Source of the DNA: Candidatus Kerfeldbacteria bacterium
GTDB lineage: Bacteria > Patescibacteriota > Patescibacteriia > SBBC01 > CAIJZX01
Reading direction: 5' to 3'
Length of the DNA stretch: 64,000 bases
Assembly (NCBI GenBank): GCA_963731735.1
Contig: CAVSWO010000001.1
Coordinates: forward strand, 64,761-128,760
Under the pieces are notes generated by a model. It was not told where the DNA came from and ran no database searches. It worked only from the letters and a program-made list of their open reading frames with translations. Shown here piece after piece: positions 39,255 through 47,305 of this stretch. Both the position numbers and the translations under genes were made by a program. The first letter of the stretch is position 1. Each line of letters starts with the position of its first letter.

Positions 39255-39852
39255 GCTGGCGCTCCTCAGCTGGGGGTTGAGCCGTTTGATCGAGTGTCGT
39301 TCGAAGCGCCTGCAAGGCTTCGGCCACCGCTTCCGGTTTTGCGGCCGGCGGGCGCTGATCAGTCCGGCTCTGAATATCAACAATCATTTGTTGCAAAGCC
39401 ATCGGGTCATGCACACCGTCCATTTCTAAATTCGTGGTATTCCCGGCGGTTTGTATGATGACCGTGCCATACCGAAAAATTGTCTGGGCCATGCCGCGAG
39501 TGGTATACCGGACATCCTGTATCTTGGCGTAGGGTGCTTCGGCCACCGTCCGTTGCCACAAGCCATGCTGATCAATATCAATTATTCGCTGATTGGTCAG
39601 GACTAGCACATTCCGAGACCAAATGTATAAACTCCGGGCTATCCAGATCGCCGCCACCAGCGCCACCAGCAAAAATCCGAGGAGTCCCCGGCCGCGCCAT
39701 TGCAACCACCAGGCCAACAGAAAAAAATCGAGCACAAACAGCAGACCGCCGCCCAGCAGGCTCGGCAAAAATGTGACCCAGAAACGGCGGATTATCTGGA
39801 TCGGCTCTTCACCTGGCTTCAGGTGTTTGCTAAGATAACGGTGAATCCACAT
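39244..39852 (-). CDS. bacterial PH-domain (bPH_2/YdbS-like) membrane protein
   Basis: Two N-terminal transmembrane helices, then a PH-like domain (LVLTNQRIIDID…). Confidence 0.55.
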   Translation of the reverse strand: MWIHRYLSKHLKPGEEPIQIIRRFWVTFLPSLLGGGLLFVLDFFLLAWWLQWRGRGLLGFLLVALVAAIWIARSLYIWSRNVLVLTNQRIIDIDQHGLWQRTVAEAPYAKIQDVRYTTRGMAQTIFRYGTVIIQTAGNTTNLEMDGVHDPMALQQMIVDIQSRTDQRPPAAKPEAVAEALQALRTTLDQTAQPPAEERQHDA

Positions 39853-39950
39853 ATGAAACGACGAGTTGCTCAGCGCATTTGGATAATTATTTCCATCTTG
39901 ATGGTGGCGGGCATGCTATTGTTTACCTTAGCACCTCTGCTGCAAGCTTC

Positions 39951-41732
39951 CTAGCGCTTCAGGACAGCAAAATAGGCTGATTGCGGGATATCCACCCGTC
40001 CGTGTTGGCGCATCCGCTGTTTGCCCTTTTTTTGCTTTTCCAGCAGCTTGCGTTTTCGGGTGACATCCCCGCCATAGAGCTTGGCCGTCACGTCTTTCCG
40101 CATCGCCGGCAAGGTTTCACTGGCGATGATTTTTCCGCCAATCGCGGCTTGAATTTTGATCTCGAACATTTGCCGCGGTAAGAGTTTTTTGAGACGTTCC
40201 GTAATTGCCCGGCCGACCGAATAGCTGGCATCACGGTACACCATGGAAGCCAGCGAATCGATCGGTTCGCCGGCCACCAGCACATCCAGGCGTACCACGT
40301 CGGCCAGCTGGTAGCCATCCAGGCGGTAATGCACCGTCGCATACCCGGCGGTCACGCTTTTAATGGTATCGTAAAAATCAACTAAAATTGAGGCCAACGG
40401 CACGGAAAAATGCAGCACCGCCCGGTCGGCTTCAAGATATTCAATGGTGGTAAATTCCCCACGGTACCGTTGCAGTGTTTCCATCACCGGCCCGATTGAT
40501 CCGCTGGGCGTAATCACGTCGAGCGCGAGGAGCGGTTCCTCAATCCGATCCAAACTCGCCGGATCCGGCAAATCGAGTGGACTGCGGATGACAATCGGCT
40601 GCGATTGCCCACGCTGAAAAACATGGTAGGCCACCGAGGGCGTGGTCATCGTGACTGACACATGGTACTCGCGTTCGAGACGCTCCCGAACGATATCGAG
40701 ATGCAAAAGTCCAAGAAAGCCGCAACGAAACCCCGGACCCAAGGCCGGCGAATGTTCAGGTTCAAATTGGAGCGAGGCGTCGTTTAATTGGAGCCGTTCC
40801 AAAGCTTCGCGGAGATCAGCGTAGTTATCACCTTGTTCAGGAAAAATTCCGGCAAACACCATCGGTTGAATGTCGCGATAGCCGGGCAGGGCCTGGGTCT
40901 GGGCACCCTCAATCGTCACGGTATCACCGACCTTGGCTTGGGCGACAGTTTTCAGTCCGGTCACGATGTAACCAATTTGGCCGGTGGTGAGCGCGGGAAC
41001 AGCTTGGCGGCCGGGAGAAAATATTCCGACATCCAGCGCAGTCGTGCGAGCTCGCGTCCCTCGTAAGATTATTTTTTGGTTGGGCTGAACCTGACCGTCC
41101 ACCACCCGAATATAGGTGACGACCCCTTGATATTCATCATAGGTCGAATCAAATATCAGCGCCCGGAGCGGCTGGTCGGGTTGACCGCTGGGAGGCGGTA
41201 TCGCGGCGATAATCCGCTCGAGTATCTGGTCGATTCCCTGGCCGGTTTTACCGGAGGCTTCAAGCACCGCAGCCGGATCGATGGATAGCAACGAGGCGAC
41301 CTCGGCTTTGACTTTAACCGAATCAGCATTCGGTAAATCAACTTTATTGACAATCGGGATAATTACTAATTCTTCTTGTTTCGCTAAATCTAAATTGGCC
41401 AGTGTTTGAGCCTGGATGCCCTGAGTAGCGTCAACAATCAAGAGCGCGCCTTCAACCGCGGCCAGCGAGCGGGAAACTTCGTAGGCAAAGTCGACATGGC
41501 CCGGAGTATCGATCAAATTTAGTTCATAGCCCTGCCAATGCATCCGAACCGGCGCCAACTTGACCGTGATCCCGCGTTCTCGCTCAATATCCATCTGATC
41601 GAGTAATTGAGCCCGCATTTCACGTTTGGTGATGGTTTTGGTGTGCTCCAACAAACGATCGGCCAGGGTTGATTTGCCGTGGTCAATATGCGCGATGATC
41701 GAAAAATTTCTGATCCGACTGAGTGGCGTCAT
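39951..41732 (-). CDS. lepA: elongation factor 4 (LepA)
   Basis: G-domain AHIDHGKST and DTPGHVDF, plus the LepA-specific C-terminus. Confidence 0.92.
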   Translation of the reverse strand: MTPLSRIRNFSIIAHIDHGKSTLADRLLEHTKTITKREMRAQLLDQMDIERERGITVKLAPVRMHWQGYELNLIDTPGHVDFAYEVSRSLAAVEGALLIVDATQGIQAQTLANLDLAKQEELVIIPIVNKVDLPNADSVKVKAEVASLLSIDPAAVLEASGKTGQGIDQILERIIAAIPPPSGQPDQPLRALIFDSTYDEYQGVVTYIRVVDGQVQPNQKIILRGTRARTTALDVGIFSPGRQAVPALTTGQIGYIVTGLKTVAQAKVGDTVTIEGAQTQALPGYRDIQPMVFAGIFPEQGDNYADLREALERLQLNDASLQFEPEHSPALGPGFRCGFLGLLHLDIVRERLEREYHVSVTMTTPSVAYHVFQRGQSQPIVIRSPLDLPDPASLDRIEEPLLALDVITPSGSIGPVMETLQRYRGEFTTIEYLEADRAVLHFSVPLASILVDFYDTIKSVTAGYATVHYRLDGYQLADVVRLDVLVAGEPIDSLASMVYRDASYSVGRAITERLKKLLPRQMFEIKIQAAIGGKIIASETLPAMRKDVTAKLYGGDVTRKRKLLEKQKKGKQRMRQHGRVDIPQSAYFAVLKR

Positions 41733-43333
41733 GGATTGGCTGGTTTACTGCCGCGCCGGAGTTTTGCGAGTAAGCGATCAACTCCGTGCCGTATCAAATA
41801 GGCTTCATCTAAACGAAATAACGTGGCAAAAATGGTATAGCTCAAAACGCCGACGATCCCGGCGCCAACCGCTTGGGCCAGTACGCCAATCGCCCGCGAC
41901 AAATCGAGGCCGAAACTGACAAAGAATATTTTTGAGCCTTGCACCGCCACCGCCATCAAGATGGAGACACCGATAATTTTGAGTGTCGATTGGATTATCC
42001 GATCATCATCCAGCGAACCTAGCCGCCGATGGAGCGTCCAGGTTAATAAACCCGCGTTCACCACGCTGGAAATAGTATAGGCCACCGCCAAACCTTGAAC
42101 ACCCATAATTGGACTCAGTAAGACCGAGCCGGTAATCGCCAGGGCTACGGCAATCACGGTGTATTTGACCGGCGTCTTGGTGTCCTGCATCGCGTAGAAT
42201 GAGCGGGCCAGAACCGGAATCAACGACTGGGCAAAAAATGAGAGGGCAAAAAATCCCAAGGTTTGGGCGGTCGCGATGGTCTCCGCCCAGGTGACTTGAC
42301 CGGCGCCGATAATTACTCGAACGAATTGCGCGCGTAACTGCAGAAATAAGACCGTCAGCGGAATGATAATAAACAGAATCTGTCGGACAATCTGGGAAAA
42401 ATGTTGAATAAATTCCTTCCGTCGATTCTGTCCGAGCAGTTCGACAAAGACCGGAAACGCCACCGTCGCGATTGAAACACCGACGATACTAATCGGCACG
42501 TCCTGAATGTCATTCGCCCAGCGAAAAACCGAGAGATTCGATGGACCGAGACGGGTGGCGATCGGAATCGTGGCGAGTTGATTCAATTGGGTCACCGACT
42601 GTCCGATCGTGCGAGGTACCACGAGTTTTCCAATTTGCCGGACCCCTGGGTGCCGATACCCGGCACTTGGTCCGAACCGCCATCCGATCCGCCACGCCGC
42701 GATAAAGTTCGAAGACACGTGTAAGAAAGCTCCCACCACCGCTCCCCAGGCCACGCCGGCTTCACCCAGAAATGGCACCAACACAACAATCCCGAAAATT
42801 ATGCCTAGATTATTCAGCATCGGCGCCAGCGAAACCGCTAAGAAGTGGCGGAACGACTGTAAGACGCCGGCAAACACGTTGCTCATCGCGAACAACAGCA
42901 TGTTCATCGAAAGGATGCGGGTCAGCAGGATGGCGGTGTGCTGGGAATCCGCACCGAATTCACGCCCGACCAATAATTTCACAATCGGTCCGGCTCCGAA
43001 TAGCAGCGTGATTCCCAAAATGGTAAATAGCCAGACCAAAACATTCAAAATCGAACGAGAAATCCGCCAAGCCTCGTCCGGGTTTTTTTGCCGGTAAGCA
43101 ATAAAAACCGGCATAAAGGCCGTCAGCAATGAACCTAAAATCAGCGTCCCGTACAGGAAATCCGGAATCGCAAAAGCAGCGTAGATAGGATCCGCTCCCT
43201 CGGCCCCAAAGGTTGAAGCAATCAGGCGCTGGCGGATTAACCCCAGCCCCTTACTGATTATCCAACTCGATCCGACTAAGACCGCTCCTCCGACAATAGT
43301 GGTCTGGAGCTTCAGAAATATTTTCCGCCACAT
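41729..43333 (-). CDS. murJ: lipid II flippase MurJ (MviN)
   Basis: 534 aa with about 14 transmembrane helices and a MurJ-like N-terminus (LIRQRLIASTFGAEGADPIYAAFAIPDFLY). Confidence 0.85.
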   Translation of the reverse strand: MWRKIFLKLQTTIVGGAVLVGSSWIISKGLGLIRQRLIASTFGAEGADPIYAAFAIPDFLYGTLILGSLLTAFMPVFIAYRQKNPDEAWRISRSILNVLVWLFTILGITLLFGAGPIVKLLVGREFGADSQHTAILLTRILSMNMLLFAMSNVFAGVLQSFRHFLAVSLAPMLNNLGIIFGIVVLVPFLGEAGVAWGAVVGAFLHVSSNFIAAWRIGWRFGPSAGYRHPGVRQIGKLVVPRTIGQSVTQLNQLATIPIATRLGPSNLSVFRWANDIQDVPISIVGVSIATVAFPVFVELLGQNRRKEFIQHFSQIVRQILFIIIPLTVLFLQLRAQFVRVIIGAGQVTWAETIATAQTLGFFALSFFAQSLIPVLARSFYAMQDTKTPVKYTVIAVALAITGSVLLSPIMGVQGLAVAYTISSVVNAGLLTWTLHRRLGSLDDDRIIQSTLKIIGVSILMAVAVQGSKIFFVSFGLDLSRAIGVLAQAVGAGIVGVLSYTIFATLFRLDEAYLIRHGVDRLLAKLRRGSKPANP

Positions 43334-43554
43334 AGGTGTGGGCCGACTCTACCATTTTTTTTGCCTTTTCGCAACTCCAAATCCGGCCGAATCAGGAGCG
43401 GTCCCACGCTGCGGTATCAAACGGAGGAGACGTTTGGTCCTTCAGTGTTGGGACATCGCTGATTCGGCCAGATCTGGGCAGCCCGTTTGGTTGTGCTGTA
43501 AAAAAGTGTATGCCCTTCTCACCAATCCGCCAAATTTGACGACCAGGTGAGAAG

Positions 43555-43581
43555 GGAGAGCACTCAAAACGAGTGCTCTCC
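43555..43581. terminator. perfect 11-bp stem hairpin GGAGAGCACTC-aaaac-GAGTGCTCTCC, nested inside a second inverted repeat (cccttctcacc…ggtgagaaggg)
   Basis: Lies just 3' of the minus-strand small-gene cluster (stop at 43597). No U-run follows on either strand, so it is not a canonical intrinsic terminator. Confidence 0.35.
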
Positions 43582-43596
43582 ACGAAATGACCAATG

Positions 43597-43827
43597 TTAC
43601 CGTAAGGCTTGCCGGGCATCGTAGTGCGGCTGCCGCTCGAGCAGGACCGTAACCGGGCTGGCGGTCGGATCCGGAATGAAGTCGTTGAGTTCATCCAGTT
43701 CCGAAACCGTCAATCGAGCATACAGCACTTGCTGGAGTCGGAGCTTGTCCCGGAAAACGGAGACCACGGCCAGGCTGAGCACGATCACCATACCCAGCAA
43801 CATCCAGGTACTCCAGATCCAAATCAT
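43597..43827 (-). CDS. hypothetical small membrane-anchored protein (76 aa)
   Basis: GGAGGG about 4 nt upstream of the ATG. The ATG overlaps the upstream ORF's TGA (ATGA). N-terminal transmembrane helix MIWIWSTWMLLGMVIVLSLAVV. Confidence 0.5.
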   Translation of the reverse strand: MIWIWSTWMLLGMVIVLSLAVVSVFRDKLRLQQVLYARLTVSELDELNDFIPDPTASPVTVLLERQPHYDARQALR

Positions 43828-44041
43828 GGTCCCTCCATTGGGAACAGCAGTTGGGTACCGGCCAAAACCGTCAAACGTTCATCGTCGGACAGAAAGATGC
43901 AGGCTTCGACCGGACAGCGGTAAGACCGCCGCCGGTGCCAGGGCTCCAGTCGCTGCGTAACGCAGTGGGAGCCGGCCGGAATTGGCCGTTTGCACAGCCA
44001 ACAGACACAGCGCCGGGGGGCAATGACGGCCTCAGGCACGC
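43824..44041 (-). CDS. hypothetical Cys-rich (zinc-ribbon-like) small protein
   Basis: CVCWLCK…HC…CPVEAC. Frame open from just after the upstream TAG. No ATG, so a GTG near 44041 is possible, or an ATG at 44084 that would overlap the upstream gene. Confidence 0.35.
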
Positions 44042-44043
44042 GA

Positions 44044-44466
44044 CTACACGCACCACCCCTCGAACCAATCGACGATCTCGTCATCGAAGTCCTCGAATGC
44101 GTTCTGGAGATCCTCCGACTCATCCGCTCGGTCGTAGTCATCTGCCGTCATCTCCACTCGCGGATCGACCGCGAAATAGACTTCATTGAGCAGCCGCTGA
44201 TGCTCAGCATCCAGCCATTCCTGGATCTGTTCCGCCAAGCTCAGCTTGGACAGGGAGTCGATCTTTCGACGACGACTCATCCGTTCCTGGCGATCATCGA
44301 AATGCCGACGCCGCCAGCCGGTCGGGTGCAGCTGACGCTTGGCCAGTTGCGGTTGTCCATGGCGAACTTTCGCATCCACCGGGTGACATGAGATGACCGG
44401 AACAATCAGCGTCCAGAGTGGTTCAACACTGACCCGATCTTCCTTGGATGAATTGAGTCCTTGCAT
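44044..44466 (-). CDS. hypothetical protein with strongly acidic C-terminus (140 aa)
   Basis: AGGAGGGG lies 5 nt upstream of the ATG. C-terminus MTADDYDRADESEDLQNAFEDFDDEIVDWFEGWCV. Confidence 0.5.
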   Translation of the reverse strand: MQGLNSSKEDRVSVEPLWTLIVPVISCHPVDAKVRHGQPQLAKRQLHPTGWRRRHFDDRQERMSRRRKIDSLSKLSLAEQIQEWLDAEHQRLLNEVYFAVDPRVEMTADDYDRADESEDLQNAFEDFDDEIVDWFEGWCV

Positions 44467-44692
44467 CACATCCCCTCCTGGGTTGGTGATTGGTCAATTT
44501 TTGACAAGGTGCTTCCTCTCATGAGCGCCCGATGTGGAGGAACATCAGACGCTCGTGAGAGTGGGAGGACGAATTGTCGGAATTCGCCCTCCCTGGTTGT
44601 TGGTAGAAAGAACGTTAGGTAAACGGCTTCACGCGCATCACCACCTTTCTCCGCCCCGGAATCAGTCCGATGGGCGTGTGGAATTCGGTCGG

Positions 44693-45181
44693 CTAGGCCG
44701 CCCGCTGACGCTGCTTCCGCTGCCGCCGGTCCTGCTCCTTCGGCTTGGATGCCGACGACTGCTCGTCCTTGACCGGATAACGGCGACGCTTGCGCCGCTT
44801 GCCGCTGCGATGCTTCTCGGGACCGATGTAGATCGGCGTCGATACCATCCGTTCGGTCGGAACCGTCTGCTCAACTACTGTTTCGGACCGCAACCAAAGT
44901 TCATGGGCGTGGTCGTGCAGTTTGTCCCGCTCCTCCTCGATCCGGATCGACAGTCCCCGGATATCGATGTAGAGCTGGTTGATCCGATCCGTGGCCCAGG
45001 CAATACACCTGGTTTCGTAGACCGTAGGTTTGGGACCGCAGGACTGTACCCGGTTCGTGAGATTCATGATCTCGAACTCGCAGTCGGAACGCCGGCTGGT
45101 CAACTTCTCCAAGCATCGGACCGCCTTCTGCAGTCCGTCTTCATGAAACTGGATAGACAGGGGTGTGAAGACCGCGTTCAT
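44693..45181 (-). CDS. hypothetical protein with 4 Cys and an extremely basic C-terminal tail (162 aa)
   Basis: AGGAGG lies 6 nt upstream of the ATG. Tail …HRSGKRRKRRRYPVKDEQSSASKPKEQDRRQRKQRQRAA. Confidence 0.55.
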   Translation of the reverse strand: MNAVFTPLSIQFHEDGLQKAVRCLEKLTSRRSDCEFEIMNLTNRVQSCGPKPTVYETRCIAWATDRINQLYIDIRGLSIRIEEERDKLHDHAHELWLRSETVVEQTVPTERMVSTPIYIGPEKHRSGKRRKRRRYPVKDEQSSASKPKEQDRRQRKQRQRAA

Positions 45182-45279
45182 GGCAACCCTCCTGGTTGAG
45201 GTAGTCAACAGTTTTGAAAGATCTCCTCCCTTGAGCATTCCATCGTGAGCGGCTCACGCCATGCTTGATGAAATGCTCG

Positions 45280-45317
45280 AGGGAGGGTCAGGAGATGCGC
45301 GCAGTGCGTGCATCTCC
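45280..45317. promoter_or_regulatory. 13-bp perfect inverted repeat GGTCAGGAGATGC-(11 nt)-GCATCTCCTGACC
   Basis: In the intergenic gap between the stop of the 58-aa basic gene and the start of the 162-aa gene. Confidence 0.35.
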
Positions 45318-45330
45318 TGACCGGGGTACA

Positions 45331-45507
45331 TCACGGGCGACCGAAGAGCCGCTTCCAGAACGGCCGCCGACGCTGCTTGCGCCGCTTGGCCGGACGAACA
45401 CGATCTCCGCTGGTCCTGACGCGTTTCAGCTGCCGACGCTGCTTGGTGCTGGACAGCCAGCCCTTGGGATCAAGCGCCAATTGCAGATCTTTGAAAAATC
45501 CGGTCAT
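45331..45507 (-). CDS. hypothetical small protein with basic tail (58 aa)
   Basis: GGGGGA lies 5 nt upstream of the ATG. Sequence MTGFFKDLQLALDPKGWLSSTKQRRQLKRVRTSGDRVRPAKRRKQRRRPFWKRLFGRP. Confidence 0.5.
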   Translation of the reverse strand: MTGFFKDLQLALDPKGWLSSTKQRRQLKRVRTSGDRVRPAKRRKQRRRPFWKRLFGRP

Positions 45508-45700
45508 TGAATCCCCCGTCGTGCTAGGCACGGTAGAAGATGACATCGTGCAGCGAGACTCCCATTCCCTCACGAGCCATGGCCAACACATTCTTCGCGC
45601 GATTCGGTCCCATCCTGTACCTCCATGCGCTTGAGGTGTGAACGATGCTTCCCTGAGGCCAACCACATGTTGGCTGGAAGCGTTTGATGCTTCGCCTGCT

Positions 45701-46099
45701 TTACAGCTTCGGCCATGGGGTAAAACACCACAGCAGGAACAGAACGCCGATCGCCTTGGCCAACCCGGTTACCACCATGCGAACTTTGGTGTTCGCCTGA
45801 TCCAGGTCATACGCAAAAGATGAGTATTCTCCCTGCATGGTCTGGTTAACCTGGGTGGAAATCTGGCGCAATGATTGCAAGGTGTTGCCACAGTGTGTAG
45901 CCATTGAAAGGCCGATCAGTAGACCAAAAATCGCGAGTGCTCGGCCCATCCAAAGTTGATGGACGATGTGATTCACGATCCAGGCCGACCCAATCATCAA
46001 CATCGAGAAGATGAAGAGAACTGTGAAGGTGATCAATTCTTGCCGAAAGACTCGATATTGCGTCAGCAACGACCGAATAAAGATCTCCTTGGGATACAT
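45701..46099 (-). CDS. hypothetical 3-transmembrane membrane protein (133 aa)
   Basis: AAGGGG lies 6 nt upstream of the ATG, and hydrophobic helices are present. The conserved leader motif lies upstream. Confidence 0.5.
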   Translation of the reverse strand: MYPKEIFIRSLLTQYRVFRQELITFTVLFIFSMLMIGSAWIVNHIVHQLWMGRALAIFGLLIGLSMATHCGNTLQSLRQISTQVNQTMQGEYSSFAYDLDQANTKVRMVVTGLAKAIGVLFLLWCFTPWPKL

Positions 46100-46226
46100 G
46101 GTCAACCCCTTGTCAAGGTATACGGATTGAAAGGTTCAAATCTCTCTTGAGTATCCGATGTGGAGGAACATCAGATACTCGAGGGAAGCGGGGTTTTGAG
46201 AAGACCTCGCCAACCCCTTGGATTGC

Positions 46227-46457
46227 TCAGGCAGATTGCCGGTGACTTTGCTGTTCCAACCAGATGCGATTGTGGGAGCGGATAACCTCACGGATATCCT
46301 CACCCATCAAGTCACAGGCTGCCCGGAGCATCCGCACATCGGTGGTTTCGCCGTTCGTGAAATTGACGATGATGTGGTAAGCCTCGGTAACTTCGGATAC
46401 CGGCTGCGAAGCCTGATCCGAATTGATGCCAAACAGCATCTGCATGAAGCGCCACAT
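46227..46457 (-). CDS. hypothetical small protein (77 aa)
   Basis: AAGGAA lies 7 nt upstream of the ATG. Sequence MWRFMQMLFGINSDQ…. The upstream ORF-track extension has no start context. Confidence 0.45.
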   Translation of the reverse strand: MWRFMQMLFGINSDQASQPVSEVTEAYHIIVNFTNGETTDVRMLRAACDLMGEDIREVIRSHNRIWLEQQSHRQSA

Positions 46458-47305
46458 GGAATATTCCTTTCCGGGCGGCAAGGGGTATGATTGATGCAAG
46501 GAACACAGCAGGAGGCGAGCGAGACGCGATTTTGCCGAACCGAGGTCAGACGTATCGCGTGATGTCCGTGTGCCGAGGCTTTGAGAGTTAGACCCTCGTA
46601 GCCTGAAGCTCAGGACGGCCGGAATCAATCCATGCTTGAAAGCAAATTGACCGCCGGTGCTCTCCCCTCCTTGTGCATTCCGTGAAGGCAGGAAGTAAAG
46701 TTGTAAGATGCTCTCGGAACAACACGATGGCTTTGATCATCCGTCGATTCCTCCGATGGTAGGCAAGTAGAATGAACGTGGAATTTCGGAACATATCGGG
46801 AGGCAAGCGTACCGCGTTTATTCGCCCGAAGGTGAATGTCGCGGTGATGTTGACGCGGTCTGGCTTTGGAAGTCGAGACCTCCGAGGCTAGGCAACGAAA
46901 ACGGCTGGAATGGATCCATGCTTGTAGCGAATCCAGAACCAGTGCTCTCCCCTCCCCGTATGTTCCCCCGTCGCGGATACAACCGTGACCGACGGGGACT
47001 TCAATCCATAGGTTCCTGCGACTCAAGACACGCGGCCCGAAGCCGCAGAACCAACGGATTGAAATGAAAACAGGTGTGGTAGTTGAGGACAATGTCGACA
47101 ACACACCACACCCGTTTGCTTGGATATGAGAATATGTTTCGAACAACGTCTCCTCAACGCGTTCTTCCGAATAATTGTAGGGTGCGCTCGAAGCTGTCTC
47201 CTCTTCAGTTCTCAAGCGTAACGAAGCAGCATACAGCAGCCCTTTCAATATGTCAAGAGGGCGCTGGCGCTACCCTGTGCTATTTTGGCTAATCTTAGCT
47301 TAATT

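Noticed and set aside
44529-44560. Tiny plus-strand ORFs inside the leader motif (MWRNIRRS*, MWRNIRYSREAGF*)
   Set aside because: The genes they would lead are on the opposite strand. They are kept only as a note within the leader-motif finding.
44534-45199. 221-aa plus-strand ORF (MEEHQTLVRVGG…)
   Set aside because: Arg/Leu/Pro/Gly-rich low-complexity translation lying antisense to the 162-aa minus-strand gene, which has a strong AGGAGG ribosome-binding site. It is judged a shadow ORF.
46588-47248. ORFs of 72 and 207 aa on the minus strand in the repeat region
   Set aside because: They overlap the two 66-nt direct repeats and have stop-rich neighbouring frames. They are treated as non-coding, although a 50-aa ORF starting MIKAIVLF… has a GGAGGAA ribosome-binding site and cannot be fully excluded.
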